Shown here piece by piece: positions 29,225 through 39,166 of a stretch of DNA of 64,000 bases. The notes below the pieces were generated by a model that did not search any database, was not told where the DNA came from, and saw nothing but the letters and a program-made list of their open reading frames with translations. A program made the translations under genes and the position numbers. Source of the stretch: an uncultured Chloroflexia bacterium (lineage in GTDB: Bacteria > Chloroflexota > Dehalococcoidia > UBA2979); the NCBI GenBank assembly GCA_963728205.1, contig CAVSIV010000006.1, positions 1,376,001 to 1,440,000 on the forward strand, in the 5' to 3' direction. The stretch's first letter is position 1; every line of letters begins with the position of its first letter.

Positions 29225-30896
29225 TTGGACCGATACGTGCGCCGTGTGATCGAGGTCTGGAGCGACCTCTCCCCCGTGCGCAAGGGGATGCTCACCGCGA
29301 CCGCTATCGGACTGGTCGCCCTCCTCGTCTTCTTCTTCTCCTGGTCCTCCCACACCACGTACATGCCGCTCTACACCGACCTCTCCTCGGCCGACAGCGG
29401 CGCGATCACCAGCCAGCTCTCGTCGCAGGGCGTGCCTTACCAGCTGACCGCCGGCGGCGCGACGATCCTCGTTCCCGAGAAGCAGGTCGACCAGCTGCGC
29501 GTGAACTTCGCGTCCCAGGGCCTGCCCCAGGGCGGTCACGTCGGCTTCGAGATCTTCAACGGCAACTCGCTCACCGCCACCGACTTCGTCCAGAAGATCA
29601 ACTTCCAGCGTGGGCTCGAGGGCGAGCTCGAGCGCACCATCGAGACCTTCTCCGCCGTCGACCACTCGCGGGTGCACCTCGTGCTCCCGCAGCAGTCGCT
29701 CTTCAAGAACGACCAGCAGCCGACCACCGCGTCGGTCGTGCTGCAGCTGCACCCCGGCCGCCAGCTCGCCGACAACGAGGTGAACGGCATCGCGCTGCTG
29801 GTGTCGGACGCCGTCGAGGGCCTCGACAAGAAGAACATCACCGTGCTCGACACGGCCGGCTCGATTCTCTACGACGGCACCGACGCCGCCGGCAGCGGCT
29901 TCGGCGCGACGGCGCACCAGCTCGACCTCCAGCACCAGTACGAGCAGTCGATCCAGCGCGACATCCAGTCGACGCTCGACCAGGCGCTCGGCCCGGGCAA
30001 GGCGCTCGTCACGGTGCGCGCGCTGCTCGGCTTCGACCAGGTGCAGACGCAGAGCGAGACCTACACCCCGGTCACGGTGACGCCGGCGGCTGGGGCCACC
30101 GCCGCGGCCGGCACGTCGACGACCCCGGCCGGCGTGGCCGTGTCCTCGACGAACACGACCGAGACCTACACGACGAACGGCAACGGGACGACCGGCGCCG
30201 CCCCGGGCGCCGTCGCGAACGTCCCCGGCGCGAACGCCTCGCTGCCGTCGACCGTCACGGCCGGCGCGAGCACCGCTGCCTCCACGAGCTACCAGCGCAG
30301 CGACACCACGTCGAACTACGACGTGAACAAGACGACCACGAGCACCGTGGCCGCGACCGGCGACCTCAAGCGCCTCTCCGTCTCGCTGCTGCTCGACGAC
30401 ACCGTGACCGACGCGCAGGCGACGGCGCTGGAGAAGACCGTCTCCGCCGCCGCGGGCATCGACACCACGCGCGGCGACACCGTCGTCGTGAACAGGGTGC
30501 CGTTCGACCACAGCGCCGTCGACGCCGCGAACGCGGCGTTCAAGTCGGAGGCCGCGACCAACCAGCTGCTGAGCTACGTGCGGCTCGGCCTGCCCGTGCT
30601 GATGCTGCTGGTCGGCTTCATCTTCTTCCGCCTGCTGATGCGGTCGGTCAGCCGCCGCGCCTACCGCGTCTACGCGCCGGGCGAGTACCCGCAGGGCATG
30701 GCGCAGCTCCCGGCCGGCGCCGGCCCCGCGGACCAGGCGGCCTTCGCGCTGGCGCAGGCGGCGAACGCGCGCGGCCTGCCGGAGCCCGACGTCGACATCA
30801 AGAAGAGCGATTCTCGAGATCCAGGTCGAACGGCTGGCCACCGGCCACCCGGAGACCGTCGCCGAGGTCGTCCAGTCCTGGCTGCGTGAGGACTAG
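29225..30896 (+). CDS. fliF: MS-ring protein FliF (+1 frameshift at 30809)
   Basis: PLYTDLS, GFEIF, QRGLEGELERTI, RVHLVLP, RLSVS, RGDTV; corrected end PETVAEVVQSWLRED*. Confidence 0.95.
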
Positions 30897-30904
30897 CGCC
30901 CACC

Positions 30905-31954
30905 ATGCCTGATGCCGCAGCGATCCGCCGGCTCGGCCCGAACGCGATGGCGACCCAGCGCGGGCGCAAGCGCGCCGCTGCGCTGCTGATTGCGCTCGGC
31001 CCGGAGCTCGCCGCCGAGATCCTGCGCGAGATGCCCGAGGAGGACATCGGGCGGCTGACGTGGGAGATCGTCGGCATCGGCCAGCTCTCCGCCCAGGAGC
31101 GCGAGGAGATCCTCCACCACTTCTACGAGACCGCGCTGGGGCGCGACTTCGTCTCCGTCGGCGGTCTCGAGTACGCGCAGGAGATGCTCGAGAAGGCGGT
31201 CGGCAAGGACCGCGCCGAGGAGATCACCTCGCGCCTCGGCAAGCACGCCGGCTCGAAGCCGTTCACGTTCCTCCAGCAGGTCGACGCCAACGACCTCATC
31301 AACTTCCTGCAGGCCGAGCACCCGCAGGTCGTCGCGCTGATCATGGCCTACCTCCCGGGCGAGGTGGCCTCCGAGATCCTGAGCAACCTGCGCGAGGAGA
31401 TCCAGGCCGAGGTCTCGGTCCGCCTCGCGCTGATGGAGCGCACCTCGCCCGACGTCATCCAGGACGTCGAGGAGGTGCTGCGCACGCGCCTCGGCACGAT
31501 CTTCGCGCCGCGCTCCGACGTGCAGGCCGCCGGCGGCGTCGACTCCGTGGTCGAGCTGCTGCGCCGCGTCGATCTCGCGACCGAGAAAGCGATCCTCGAC
31601 GGCCTCGAGCGCGCCGACCCGGAGGTCGCGAACGAGGTGCGCAAGCGGATGTTCGTCTTCGAGAACATCACGCTGCTCGACGACCGCTCGATCCAGCGCG
31701 TGCTGCGCGAGATCGACAGCCGGGATCTGTCGATGGCGCTCAAGGGGGCCTCGCCGGAGGTCAAGGAGCGCATCGTCCGCAACATGTCCGAGCGCGCCGG
31801 AAAGATGCTCCAGGAGGACATCGACGCGATGGGCCCGGTGCGCATGCGCCAGGTCGAAGAATCGCAGGGCCGCGTGGTCGCGGTGATCCGCCGCCTCGAG
31901 GAGGCCGAGGAGATCTTCGTGATGCGCGGCGGCGAGGACGACCTCCTTGTCTAA
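30905..31954 (+). CDS. fliG: motor switch protein FliG
   Basis: AAALLIALG, GGLEYA, PFTFL, EHPQ, MFVFEN, NMSERA, MGPVR. Confidence 0.98.
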   Translation: MPDAAAIRRLGPNAMATQRGRKRAAALLIALGPELAAEILREMPEEDIGRLTWEIVGIGQLSAQEREEILHHFYETALGRDFVSVGGLEYAQEMLEKAVGKDRAEEITSRLGKHAGSKPFTFLQQVDANDLINFLQAEHPQVVALIMAYLPGEVASEILSNLREEIQAEVSVRLALMERTSPDVIQDVEEVLRTRLGTIFAPRSDVQAAGGVDSVVELLRRVDLATEKAILDGLERADPEVANEVRKRMFVFENITLLDDRSIQRVLREIDSRDLSMALKGASPEVKERIVRNMSERAGKMLQEDIDAMGPVRMRQVEESQGRVVAVIRRLEEAEEIFVMRGGEDDLLV

Positions 31955-32681
31955 CCACGTGTTCCGCTACCTGCGCGCGTCGCGGCGCTCCTCCGAGATC
32001 TCGCTCGGCGCCGACGGTCGGCCCATCGACTGCTCCGCGCAGGCCGAGCCGGACCACGACCCGGAGGAGACGGCCGCGTCGGCGAGCATCGTCGAGCGCG
32101 CCGAGGAGCGCGCCGCCGAGATCGTCGCGCAGGCGTCGCGCGACGCCGCGGCCATCCAGGACGACGCGTACCAGGAGGGCCGCGACCAGGGGTACCGCGA
32201 CGGCGTGCTCGAGGCGCGCGGCGAGCTCGCCGACGCCCTCGCCGTCGTCCAACGCATCGGCGCGGACGCGCACGCGGTCCGCGACCGCGTTCTCCGGCAG
32301 GCCGAGCGCGAGGTGATCGAGCTCGTGATCGAGGTCGCGGAGACCGTGATCGGCGAGCAGGTCGCGCTCGAGCCGGCGCTGGTGCTCGACACCGTCGAGC
32401 GCGCGCTGGCGCGCGCCGGCGCGCAGAACGTCGTGCGCATCCGCGTGCACCCCGACGACCGCGACAAGGTCGTGGTCGCGATGGAGGAGCGCCACGGCGA
32501 CGCGCTCCCGTTCCAGGTCATGAACGACCACACGATCGCGGTCGGCGGCTGCGTGATCGACACGCAGGCCGGCGAGGTCGACGCACGGCTCGACGTCCAG
32601 CTCGCCGAGGTCGCGCGCGTGCTGCGCGAGGGCGTTCCGGACGGGCGCGGCACCCGGGTGGAGGCGCTCCATGCCGCGTGA
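31947..32681 (+). CDS. fliH: FliH export ATPase regulator
   Basis: AxxxG repeats (AYQEGRDQGYRDG), IRVHPDD, GGCVIDT..GEVDA. Confidence 0.92.
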   Translation: MSNHVFRYLRASRRSSEISLGADGRPIDCSAQAEPDHDPEETAASASIVERAEERAAEIVAQASRDAAAIQDDAYQEGRDQGYRDGVLEARGELADALAVVQRIGADAHAVRDRVLRQAEREVIELVIEVAETVIGEQVALEPALVLDTVERALARAGAQNVVRIRVHPDDRDKVVVAMEERHGDALPFQVMNDHTIAVGGCVIDTQAGEVDARLDVQLAEVARVLREGVPDGRGTRVEALHAA

Positions 32682-34005
32682 CGACACGCCGGTGATCGAG
32701 CTCGGCCGCTACCGCGAGCTGATCGCCGCGATGCAGCCGATGCGCGTCTCCGGTCGCGTGAGCCAGATCGTGGGCCTGCTCGCCGAGGTCGAGGGCATCC
32801 CCGGCCGGCTCGGCGAGGTCTGCACGATCGACCGCATGGGCGGCGCGCCGATCCAGGCGGAGATCGTCGGCTTCAAGAGCGAGCGCACGCTGGTGATGCC
32901 GCTGGGCGACCTGCGCGGCGTGCAGGCCGGCGCGCGCGTGCAGTCGCACGGCGGGCTGCTCAACGTGCCGGTCGGCGACGAGGTGCTGGGGCGCGTGCTC
33001 GACGGCCTCGGCCGCCCGATCGATGGGCTCGGCTCGGTGGCCGCGGCGGTGCGCCCGCCACACGCCGGCTCCAGCCCGCACGCCCTCGAGCGCCGCATGA
33101 TCGAGGACGCCCTCTCCACCGGCGTGCGCGCCATCGACGGCCTGCTCACCTGTGGCCTCGGGCAGCGCATCGGCATCTTCGCCGGCTCCGGCGTCGGCAA
33201 GTCGACGCTGCTCGCGATGATCGCGCGTCACGCATCGACCGACGTGAACGTGATCGCGCTGATCGGCGAGCGCGGCCGCGAGGTGCGCGAGTTCATCGAG
33301 CGCGACCTCGGGCCGGAGGGGCTCGCGCGCAGCGTGGTCGTCGTCTCCACCTCCGACGAGCCGGCGCCGATGCGTCTCAACGCGGCGTGGGTCGCCACGA
33401 CAATCGCCGAGGAGTTCCGCGCGCGCGGCCTGCACGTCACGCTGATGATGGACTCGGTCACGCGCTTCGCGATGGCCCAGCGCGAGATCGGCCTCGCCCT
33501 CGGCGAGCCGCCGACGATGAAGGGCTACACGCCCTCCGTCTTCTCGCAGCTCTCGCGCCTGCTGGAACGCGCCGGCACGGCGGAGCGCGGCACGATCACG
33601 GCGTTCTACACGGTGCTCGTCGAGTCCGACGACCTCACGGAGCCCGTCACCGACACCGCCCGCGGCACGCTCGACGGTCACATCGTGCTGTCGCGCCAGC
33701 TCGCCGGCCAGAACCACTACCCCGCCATCGACGTGCTCGCGAGCGTCTCGCGCGTGATGCCGGCGATCACCACGCCGGAGCACCGCAAGGCGTCCGGCCG
33801 CCTGCGCGAGCTGCTCGCGCGCTTCGAGCGCTCGCGCGACCTCGTCCAGATCGGCGCTTACGAGCACGGCACCGACGCCGCGCTCGACGAGGCGCTCGAC
33901 CACCTGCCCGCGATCGAGGCCTTCCTGCGGCAGACGCCGGAGGAGTTCGACGGCCTGGAGGGAACCATCCAGCGACTGCAGGCCGCCGTCGGGCTCGCAG
34001 GATAG
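32671..34005 (+). CDS. fliI: flagellar export ATPase FliI
   Basis: GSGVGKS, LIGERGREV, DSVTRFAMAQRE, LLERAG, DGHIVLSR. Confidence 0.98.
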   Translation: MPRDDTPVIELGRYRELIAAMQPMRVSGRVSQIVGLLAEVEGIPGRLGEVCTIDRMGGAPIQAEIVGFKSERTLVMPLGDLRGVQAGARVQSHGGLLNVPVGDEVLGRVLDGLGRPIDGLGSVAAAVRPPHAGSSPHALERRMIEDALSTGVRAIDGLLTCGLGQRIGIFAGSGVGKSTLLAMIARHASTDVNVIALIGERGREVREFIERDLGPEGLARSVVVVSTSDEPAPMRLNAAWVATTIAEEFRARGLHVTLMMDSVTRFAMAQREIGLALGEPPTMKGYTPSVFSQLSRLLERAGTAERGTITAFYTVLVESDDLTEPVTDTARGTLDGHIVLSRQLAGQNHYPAIDVLASVSRVMPAITTPEHRKASGRLRELLARFERSRDLVQIGAYEHGTDAALDEALDHLPAIEAFLRQTPEEFDGLEGTIQRLQAAVGLAG

Positions 34006-34015
34006 GAGGTGCCAG

Positions 34016-34472
34016 ATGGCGGGAAAGTTCCGCCTCCAGCAGGTCCTCGACCTCAAGCGACGCCAGGAAGAGGAGAAGACCCTCGAGCTGGCGACGCTCA
34101 CTGCCGAGCAGCGGCGCTGCGAGCTGGCCCTGCGCGAGCTGCGCGAGAAGGAAGAGGAGCAGCTCCAGGCGCTGCAGGACGTCGCCCGCTCGCGCGCCAT
34201 CGACCCGAGCCGGCTCGACGCGGCGCTCACCTACCTCGACGCGCTCGAGGACTCCATCGCACGCCAGAATCGAGCTCGTCTCCGGCCTTGAGGCGAAGGT
34301 GCTCGAGAGCCGCGACGGCCTCATCGAGATCCTGAAGGAGAAGCAGCTCCTCGAGAAGCTCGAGCAGCAGCACAGCGCCGAGGCGCACTCCGTCGAGCGC
34401 CGGCTCGAGGGCAACCAGCTCGACGAGATTGCGGCGCAGCGCTTCCTCCGCAACCGGGGGGAGGCCGTCTGA
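34016..34472 (+). CDS. fliJ: flagellar export protein FliJ (+1 frameshift at 34267)
   Basis: KFRLQQVLDLK...EKQLLEKL...QLDE; follows fliI. Confidence 0.9.
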
Positions 34473-34966
34473 TGCTCGGCGACATCCTCAACACCCGGTA
34501 CCTGCAGGTCGCGCGCCAGGCGCTGAGCGGGCTGTCGGCCCGCGAGGAGGCGATCGCCTCGAACATCGCGAACATCGACACCCCGGGCTACCAGCGCAAG
34601 GTCGTGTCCTTCGAGGACGCGCTGCAGGCGCAGATCGCGCAGGCGGGGACGCCGAGCGCAGCCGGCACGGCCGGCGCCGGTCGCGCCGGTGCGCCCGTGG
34701 CCGATCTCGCGACGGGCAGCCTGCCGCTGAAGACCACCGATCCGCGACACATGACGGGACCCGGCGGCGGCAGCGCCGGCGTGGCCCAGGGCGCGATCAG
34801 CGGCGTCCAGCCGCAGGACGTGATCGCGACCCGCAACGACGGCAACAGCGTCGACATCGACCAGGAGATGACCGACCTGGTCGACACGCAGCTGCGCTAC
34901 CAGGCGCTGAGTCAGTCGCTCGGCACGCGCCTGCAGACGCTGCGCACCGTGATCAACGGGGTCTAG
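34472..34966 (+). CDS. flgB: basal body rod protein FlgB
   Basis: IASNIANIDTPGYQRKVVSFE, RNDGNSVDIDQEM. Confidence 0.96.
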   Translation: MLGDILNTRYLQVARQALSGLSAREEAIASNIANIDTPGYQRKVVSFEDALQAQIAQAGTPSAAGTAGAGRAGAPVADLATGSLPLKTTDPRHMTGPGGGSAGVAQGAISGVQPQDVIATRNDGNSVDIDQEMTDLVDTQLRYQALSQSLGTRLQTLRTVINGV

Positions 34967-34976
34967 GAGGCGAACG

Positions 34977-35417
34977 ATGGCGCTCTGGGACAGCCTGCGC
35001 ATCTCCGCGAGCGCACTCTCCGCGCAGCGGCTGCGCATGGACACCGTGGCGAACAACGTCGCGAACATGAACACGACGCACGGGCCCGACGGCGGGCCGT
35101 ACCGGCGCCAGACCGTGCTCTTCGCGCCGCAGGCGAGCACGCCCGCGTTCGGGGACTTCCTCGGCCGCGCGTCGCAGCAGTCGGCGGGCGAGGGCGTGCA
35201 GGTCACGGGCGTCGTCCAGGACAACACGCCGCCGCGGCGCGTCTACGACCCGGGCAATCCCGACGCCGACGCCCAGGGCTACGTGCTCATGCCCAACATC
35301 GACGTCGTCACCGAGATGACCGATCTCGTCGGTGCGCAGCGCGCGTACCAGGCGGCCGTCACCGTGCTCAACGCCACCAAGTCGCTCGCGCAGAGCGCGC
35401 TCAGCATCGGCCGCTAG
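34977..35417 (+). CDS. flgC: basal body rod protein FlgC
   Basis: SALSAQRLRM...NNVAN, GPYRR, YDPGNPDA..GYV.MPN, EMTDL. Confidence 0.97.
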   Translation: MALWDSLRISASALSAQRLRMDTVANNVANMNTTHGPDGGPYRRQTVLFAPQASTPAFGDFLGRASQQSAGEGVQVTGVVQDNTPPRRVYDPGNPDADAQGYVLMPNIDVVTEMTDLVGAQRAYQAAVTVLNATKSLAQSALSIGR

Positions 35418-35430
35418 GCGGCGCGGACCT

Positions 35431-35885
35431 CAGCGGCGGCAGACAGGCCGCCGACAGCAGCGGCGGCACCGGCCGCCGGCCACAGCGGCGGCACCGGCCG
35501 CCGACAGCAGCGGCGGCACCGGCCGCCGGCCACAGCGGCGGCACCGGCCGCCGGCCACAGCGGCGGCACCGGCCGCCGACAGCAGCGGCGGCACCGGCCG
35601 CCGACCACAGCGGCGGCAGACATGCCGCCGACAGCAGCGGCGCACCGGCCGCCAACCACAGCGGCGGCAGACAGGCCGCCGACAGCAGCGGCGGCACCGG
35701 CCGCCGGCCACAGCGGCGGCAGACATGCCGCCGACAGCAGCGGCGGCACCGGCCGCCGACAGCAGCGGCGGCACCGGCCGCCGACCACAGCGGCGGCAGA
35801 CATGCCGCCGACAGCAGCGGCGCACCGGCCGCCAACCACAGCGGCGGCAGACATGCCGCCGACAGCAGCGGCGGCACCGGCCGCC
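35431..35885. repeat. mosaic (BIME-like) REP array between flgC and fliE
   Basis: Modules cagcggcggcagaca(t/g)gccgccga and cagcggcggcaccggccgccg interspersed over ~455 bp. Confidence 0.92.
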
Positions 35886-35902
35886 GGCGAAGGGACCCGG
35901 CG

Positions 35903-36214
35903 ATGGCCATTCCCGGCATCGGCTCCGGCCTGATCCAGTCGACGACGCAGTCGGCCGGCGGCGCCGCCGGCAGCGGCGGCGCGACGCAGGGCGCGGGCGC
36001 GAGCAGCGGCGCCTTCGGCCAGCTGCTCGACGGCCTCACCCAGCAGTCGGCGACCGCTGACAACGCGCTCAACGGCGTCGCGACCGGCAACGGCGGCGAC
36101 CTGCACGACCTGACGCTGTCGGTGCAGATGGAATCGCTGTCGTTCGACCTCGCCGTCCAGATCCGGAACCGCCTGGTCGACGCCTACCAGGAGATCTTCC
36201 GGATGTCGGTCTGA
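35903..36214 (+). CDS. fliE: hook-basal body protein FliE
   Basis: FGQLL...DLHD...LAVQIRNRLVDAYQEIFRMSV. Confidence 0.95.
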   Translation: MAIPGIGSGLIQSTTQSAGGAAGSGGATQGAGASSGAFGQLLDGLTQQSATADNALNGVATGNGGDLHDLTLSVQMESLSFDLAVQIRNRLVDAYQEIFRMSV

Positions 36215-36341
36215 CGGCGGCGGGCGCGTGCCTGCCGTCTCTGCAGGCCGGCGCAGGCCGCCGGCGATCACCACCAGTTGTCGAACCGCCCCGCCGGGGC
36301 GGACACGCAAGCGGAGTTCAGCAGGGAGGAAGCATGAGGTG

Positions 36342-38030
36342 ATGGCACCACCACTGCCGGGCCTGATCGGCCCGGCGCCACCGTCGGCGAACGCGCCGCC
36401 GGGTGCGGCGCCCGCGAGAGGGCACGGCACCACCGACGGCACCGCGTTCGGCCGGGCCATCGACGCGGCTCGCGCGCGCCAGGACGCCCGCGGTGACACG
36501 AGGACCGACCCGCACGCGCCCGTGTGCCGACCGGCGAAGCAGCCGGCCCGGGACACGGCACAGACCGACGACGCGCAGCCCGCGGGCGACGCGCCGGCGG
36601 CGACCACCGGAGACCAGGCGAAGACGGACCCGGAGACCGGCGTCGTCGATCTCGCTCAGCTCCTGCTCGGCCTTCTGCCGGGCGGCGCGAAGGGCGCGGC
36701 CGCGGGCACGGGAACGCAGACGAAGACGGCACCTCGGCCGGACCGCCCCGCGGGGGCTGAGGGAAGCGACCAGGGCTCGAGCACGCGAGAGGCGTACCAG
36801 GCGCTGATGGCACTGCTGCTCACCGGGACGACGACGCAGGCACCGCCGACCGCGGCCGCCGGCGCGACCACCACGGCCGCGCAGGCGATCACGACCGGTG
36901 GCGACGCGTCCGGCGTCGCGGCGGAGCTCGCGCGCCTGCTGCAGTCGGCGGGAGGCGCCCGGGCGGCGCAGCCCGGCGCGCCGCAGCCGGCCGACGAGCT
37001 CGCGCAGCTGATCGCCGAGATGCAGGCGGCGGAGCCGCCGGCGTCGGCGGCGGGCGGCGGCGGCGAGCTCGCGCAGCTCGTCGCGGCCCTGCGCGCGCAG
37101 GCCGCGGCCGGTTCGGCCGCGACCGCGACGACGCTCGCGGCGGCGGACACGGTGCGACCGGGCCCCGCCCGGCCGGTCACCGCGACCGCGTCCCTCGCGT
37201 CGACCGCGGCGTCCGCCGCGGACGGCGGGCAGGTCACCGGCGCCGCACAGGCGACGTCGGCGCGCGCGCTGGCCGACGCGGTGGCGCAGGCCGCCGGCGG
37301 CACGCCGGCGCCGGCGACCGCGACGGGAGGCACGCCGTCCGGTCGCTCGGCCTCCGGCGCGCAGGCGCCGGCGGTCCCGGGCGCGGACGCGCCCGGCGAC
37401 GGCGGCGCGAAGAAGGCGTCGACGGTGCTCCACGCGGAGCTCGCGACGGCCGGCGGCCCGCCACAGCCGGGCGGCGCGGCGCACACGGCGGCGACCACCG
37501 TCGCCGGCGCGGACGCGCCGGTGCCGGCGCACGACCCCGCGGCGTTCGTCGCGCGGGTGGCCGAGACCGTGCACCAGGCCACGCTCGTCGGCCCGCGCGA
37601 GGTGCGCCTCGTCCTCAACCCGCCGGAGCTGGGGCACCTCACGGTGCACATCCAGGACTCGGCGCAGGGCGTGCGCGTGCTGATCCAGGCCTCGACCGGG
37701 GACGCGCGAGACCTGCTCCAGCAGCACCTCCCGCAGCTCCAGTCGGCGCTCCAGGCGCGCGACGTGCACCTCGACCGGCTGCAGGTGGGCACCACCGCGC
37801 CGTCGCTGTCGGGGCAGTCGCTCGACTGGAATGGCGCGGCGTTCCAGCAGGGGCAACAGCAGGGCCAGCAGCAGGGCACGCCGGTGTGGTCGCCGGTCGC
37901 GGCGCTCGGCCGCGGCGCGACGTCCGGCGCGACCGGCGCCTCGTCCGCGGGTGCGGCCCGCGGCGCGACGGCGGGACGGGCAGCGGCGACGCCGTCCGCG
38001 CGTCCCGGCGGCGTGGACCTGAAGGCGTAG
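36342..38030 (+). CDS. fliK: hook-length control protein FliK
   Basis: Low-complexity Ala/Pro/Thr N-terminus; VRLVLNPPELGHL...LPQLQSAL; lies before flgD. Confidence 0.88.
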   Translation: MAPPLPGLIGPAPPSANAPPGAAPARGHGTTDGTAFGRAIDAARARQDARGDTRTDPHAPVCRPAKQPARDTAQTDDAQPAGDAPAATTGDQAKTDPETGVVDLAQLLLGLLPGGAKGAAAGTGTQTKTAPRPDRPAGAEGSDQGSSTREAYQALMALLLTGTTTQAPPTAAAGATTTAAQAITTGGDASGVAAELARLLQSAGGARAAQPGAPQPADELAQLIAEMQAAEPPASAAGGGGELAQLVAALRAQAAAGSAATATTLAAADTVRPGPARPVTATASLASTAASAADGGQVTGAAQATSARALADAVAQAAGGTPAPATATGGTPSGRSASGAQAPAVPGADAPGDGGAKKASTVLHAELATAGGPPQPGGAAHTAATTVAGADAPVPAHDPAAFVARVAETVHQATLVGPREVRLVLNPPELGHLTVHIQDSAQGVRVLIQASTGDARDLLQQHLPQLQSALQARDVHLDRLQVGTTAPSLSGQSLDWNGAAFQQGQQQGQQQGTPVWSPVAALGRGATSGATGASSAGAARGATAGRAAATPSARPGGVDLKA

Positions 38031-38040
38031 GAGGACGGCC

Positions 38041-38487
38041 ATGCAGGTGAACTCGACGCCCGGGCAGTCGACGCTCCAGGACTTCTCGATCCCGACGTCC
38101 CAGCGGACGAACGGCTCGAACCTCACGGAGCAGGACTTCCTCAAGGTGATGGTCGAGCAGCTGAAGAACCAGAACCCGCTGGACCCGCAAAACAGCGATC
38201 AGTTCTTCCAGCAGATCGTGCAGTTCCAGACGCTCGACGCCATGCAATCGATGTCCAAGCAGCTGCAGGCCCTCGCCGACGTCGGCGGGCTCGCGAATGC
38301 GTCGGCGCTGATTGGTCGCACCGTGAAGGCGTCGATCGACCAGGCCAACGACCCGACGACCGGCATGCCGCGGCCGCCGAAGGACGTCAGCGGCGTGGTC
38401 GACAGCGTGACCTTCCAGAACGGCCAGCCGATCGTCCACGTCGGCAACAACTCCATCCCGGCCTCGAAGGTGGTGGAGGTCTCGTGA
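38041..38487 (+). CDS. flgD: hook capping protein FlgD
   Basis: DFLKVMVEQLKNQNPLDP, QF, LIGRTV, SGVVDSV. Confidence 0.95.
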   Translation: MQVNSTPGQSTLQDFSIPTSQRTNGSNLTEQDFLKVMVEQLKNQNPLDPQNSDQFFQQIVQFQTLDAMQSMSKQLQALADVGGLANASALIGRTVKASIDQANDPTTGMPRPPKDVSGVVDSVTFQNGQPIVHVGNNSIPASKVVEVS

Positions 38488-38868
38488 TGGTCGACGCGGT
38501 CGGCGGGGTCGGACCGGGCCTCCCCGGCGCGACGAGCGGCGTTTCGGCCGCGAGCGCGCCGGCGGCCGCGGGCGCGCCCTCGTTCGATGCGGTCCTCCGG
38601 CAGCAGGCGGGTGGCATCCAGTTCTCCCGTCACGCGCTGCGGCGGATTCGAGCAGCGGGGGCTCAACCTCGACGCGGGTCAGATGCAACGGCTGGCGGAT
38701 GCCGTCGGCCAGGCGGAGCAAAAGGGCTCGCGGGACTCGCTGGTGCTGCTGGACGAGCTGGCCCTCGTGGTCAGCGTCCAGAACCACACCGTGGTCACCG
38801 CGATGGACGGAGGCAAACAGGGGGGCGGCGTCTTCACGAACATCGACAGCGTCGTGATCGCGCACTAG
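38487..38868 (+). CDS. flagellar operon protein, TIGR02530-like (+1 frameshift at 38645)
   Basis: FSRHALRRIEQRG (corrected), KGSRDSLVLL, VVSVQNHTVVTAMD, VFTNIDSVV. Confidence 0.88.
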
Positions 38869-38885
38869 CGCGATCACTTAGGGCA

Positions 38886-39010
38886 AGCGGCGGCAGACAC
38901 GCCGCCGACATCGCCGGCGGCAAAAGCCGCCGCCAAACGACCGGCGGCAGAAGCCGCCGACAACGACCGGCGGCAGAAGCCGCCACAGCGGCGGCAGACA
39001 CGCCGCCGAC
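38886..39010. repeat. REP cluster
   Basis: agcggcggcagacacgccgccga twice plus degenerate cggcggcagaagccgcc copies. Confidence 0.8.
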
Positions 39011-39166
39011 ATCGACCGCGCGCGGCAGCACGCTGCCGTGTCGCGCAACCAGCGCAAGGCCGCGGCGGCCGGACCTTCCCAGGAGGCCCCCGCGATCAGT
39101 CACGGATGACGCCCCTCGCGACCGAGGGGCTGCCGGGAACCTCCCGGGGAAGGAATCGTTCCGACC

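Noticed and set aside
35431-35885. CRISPR array or repeat-protein ORFs
   Set aside because: No unique spacers; the ORFs are translations of REP modules.
13882-38868. decaying flagellar system (pseudogenes)
   Set aside because: The lesions are single +1 insertions, nearly all at GATC, with no in-frame stops or other decay; sequencing error is more parsimonious.
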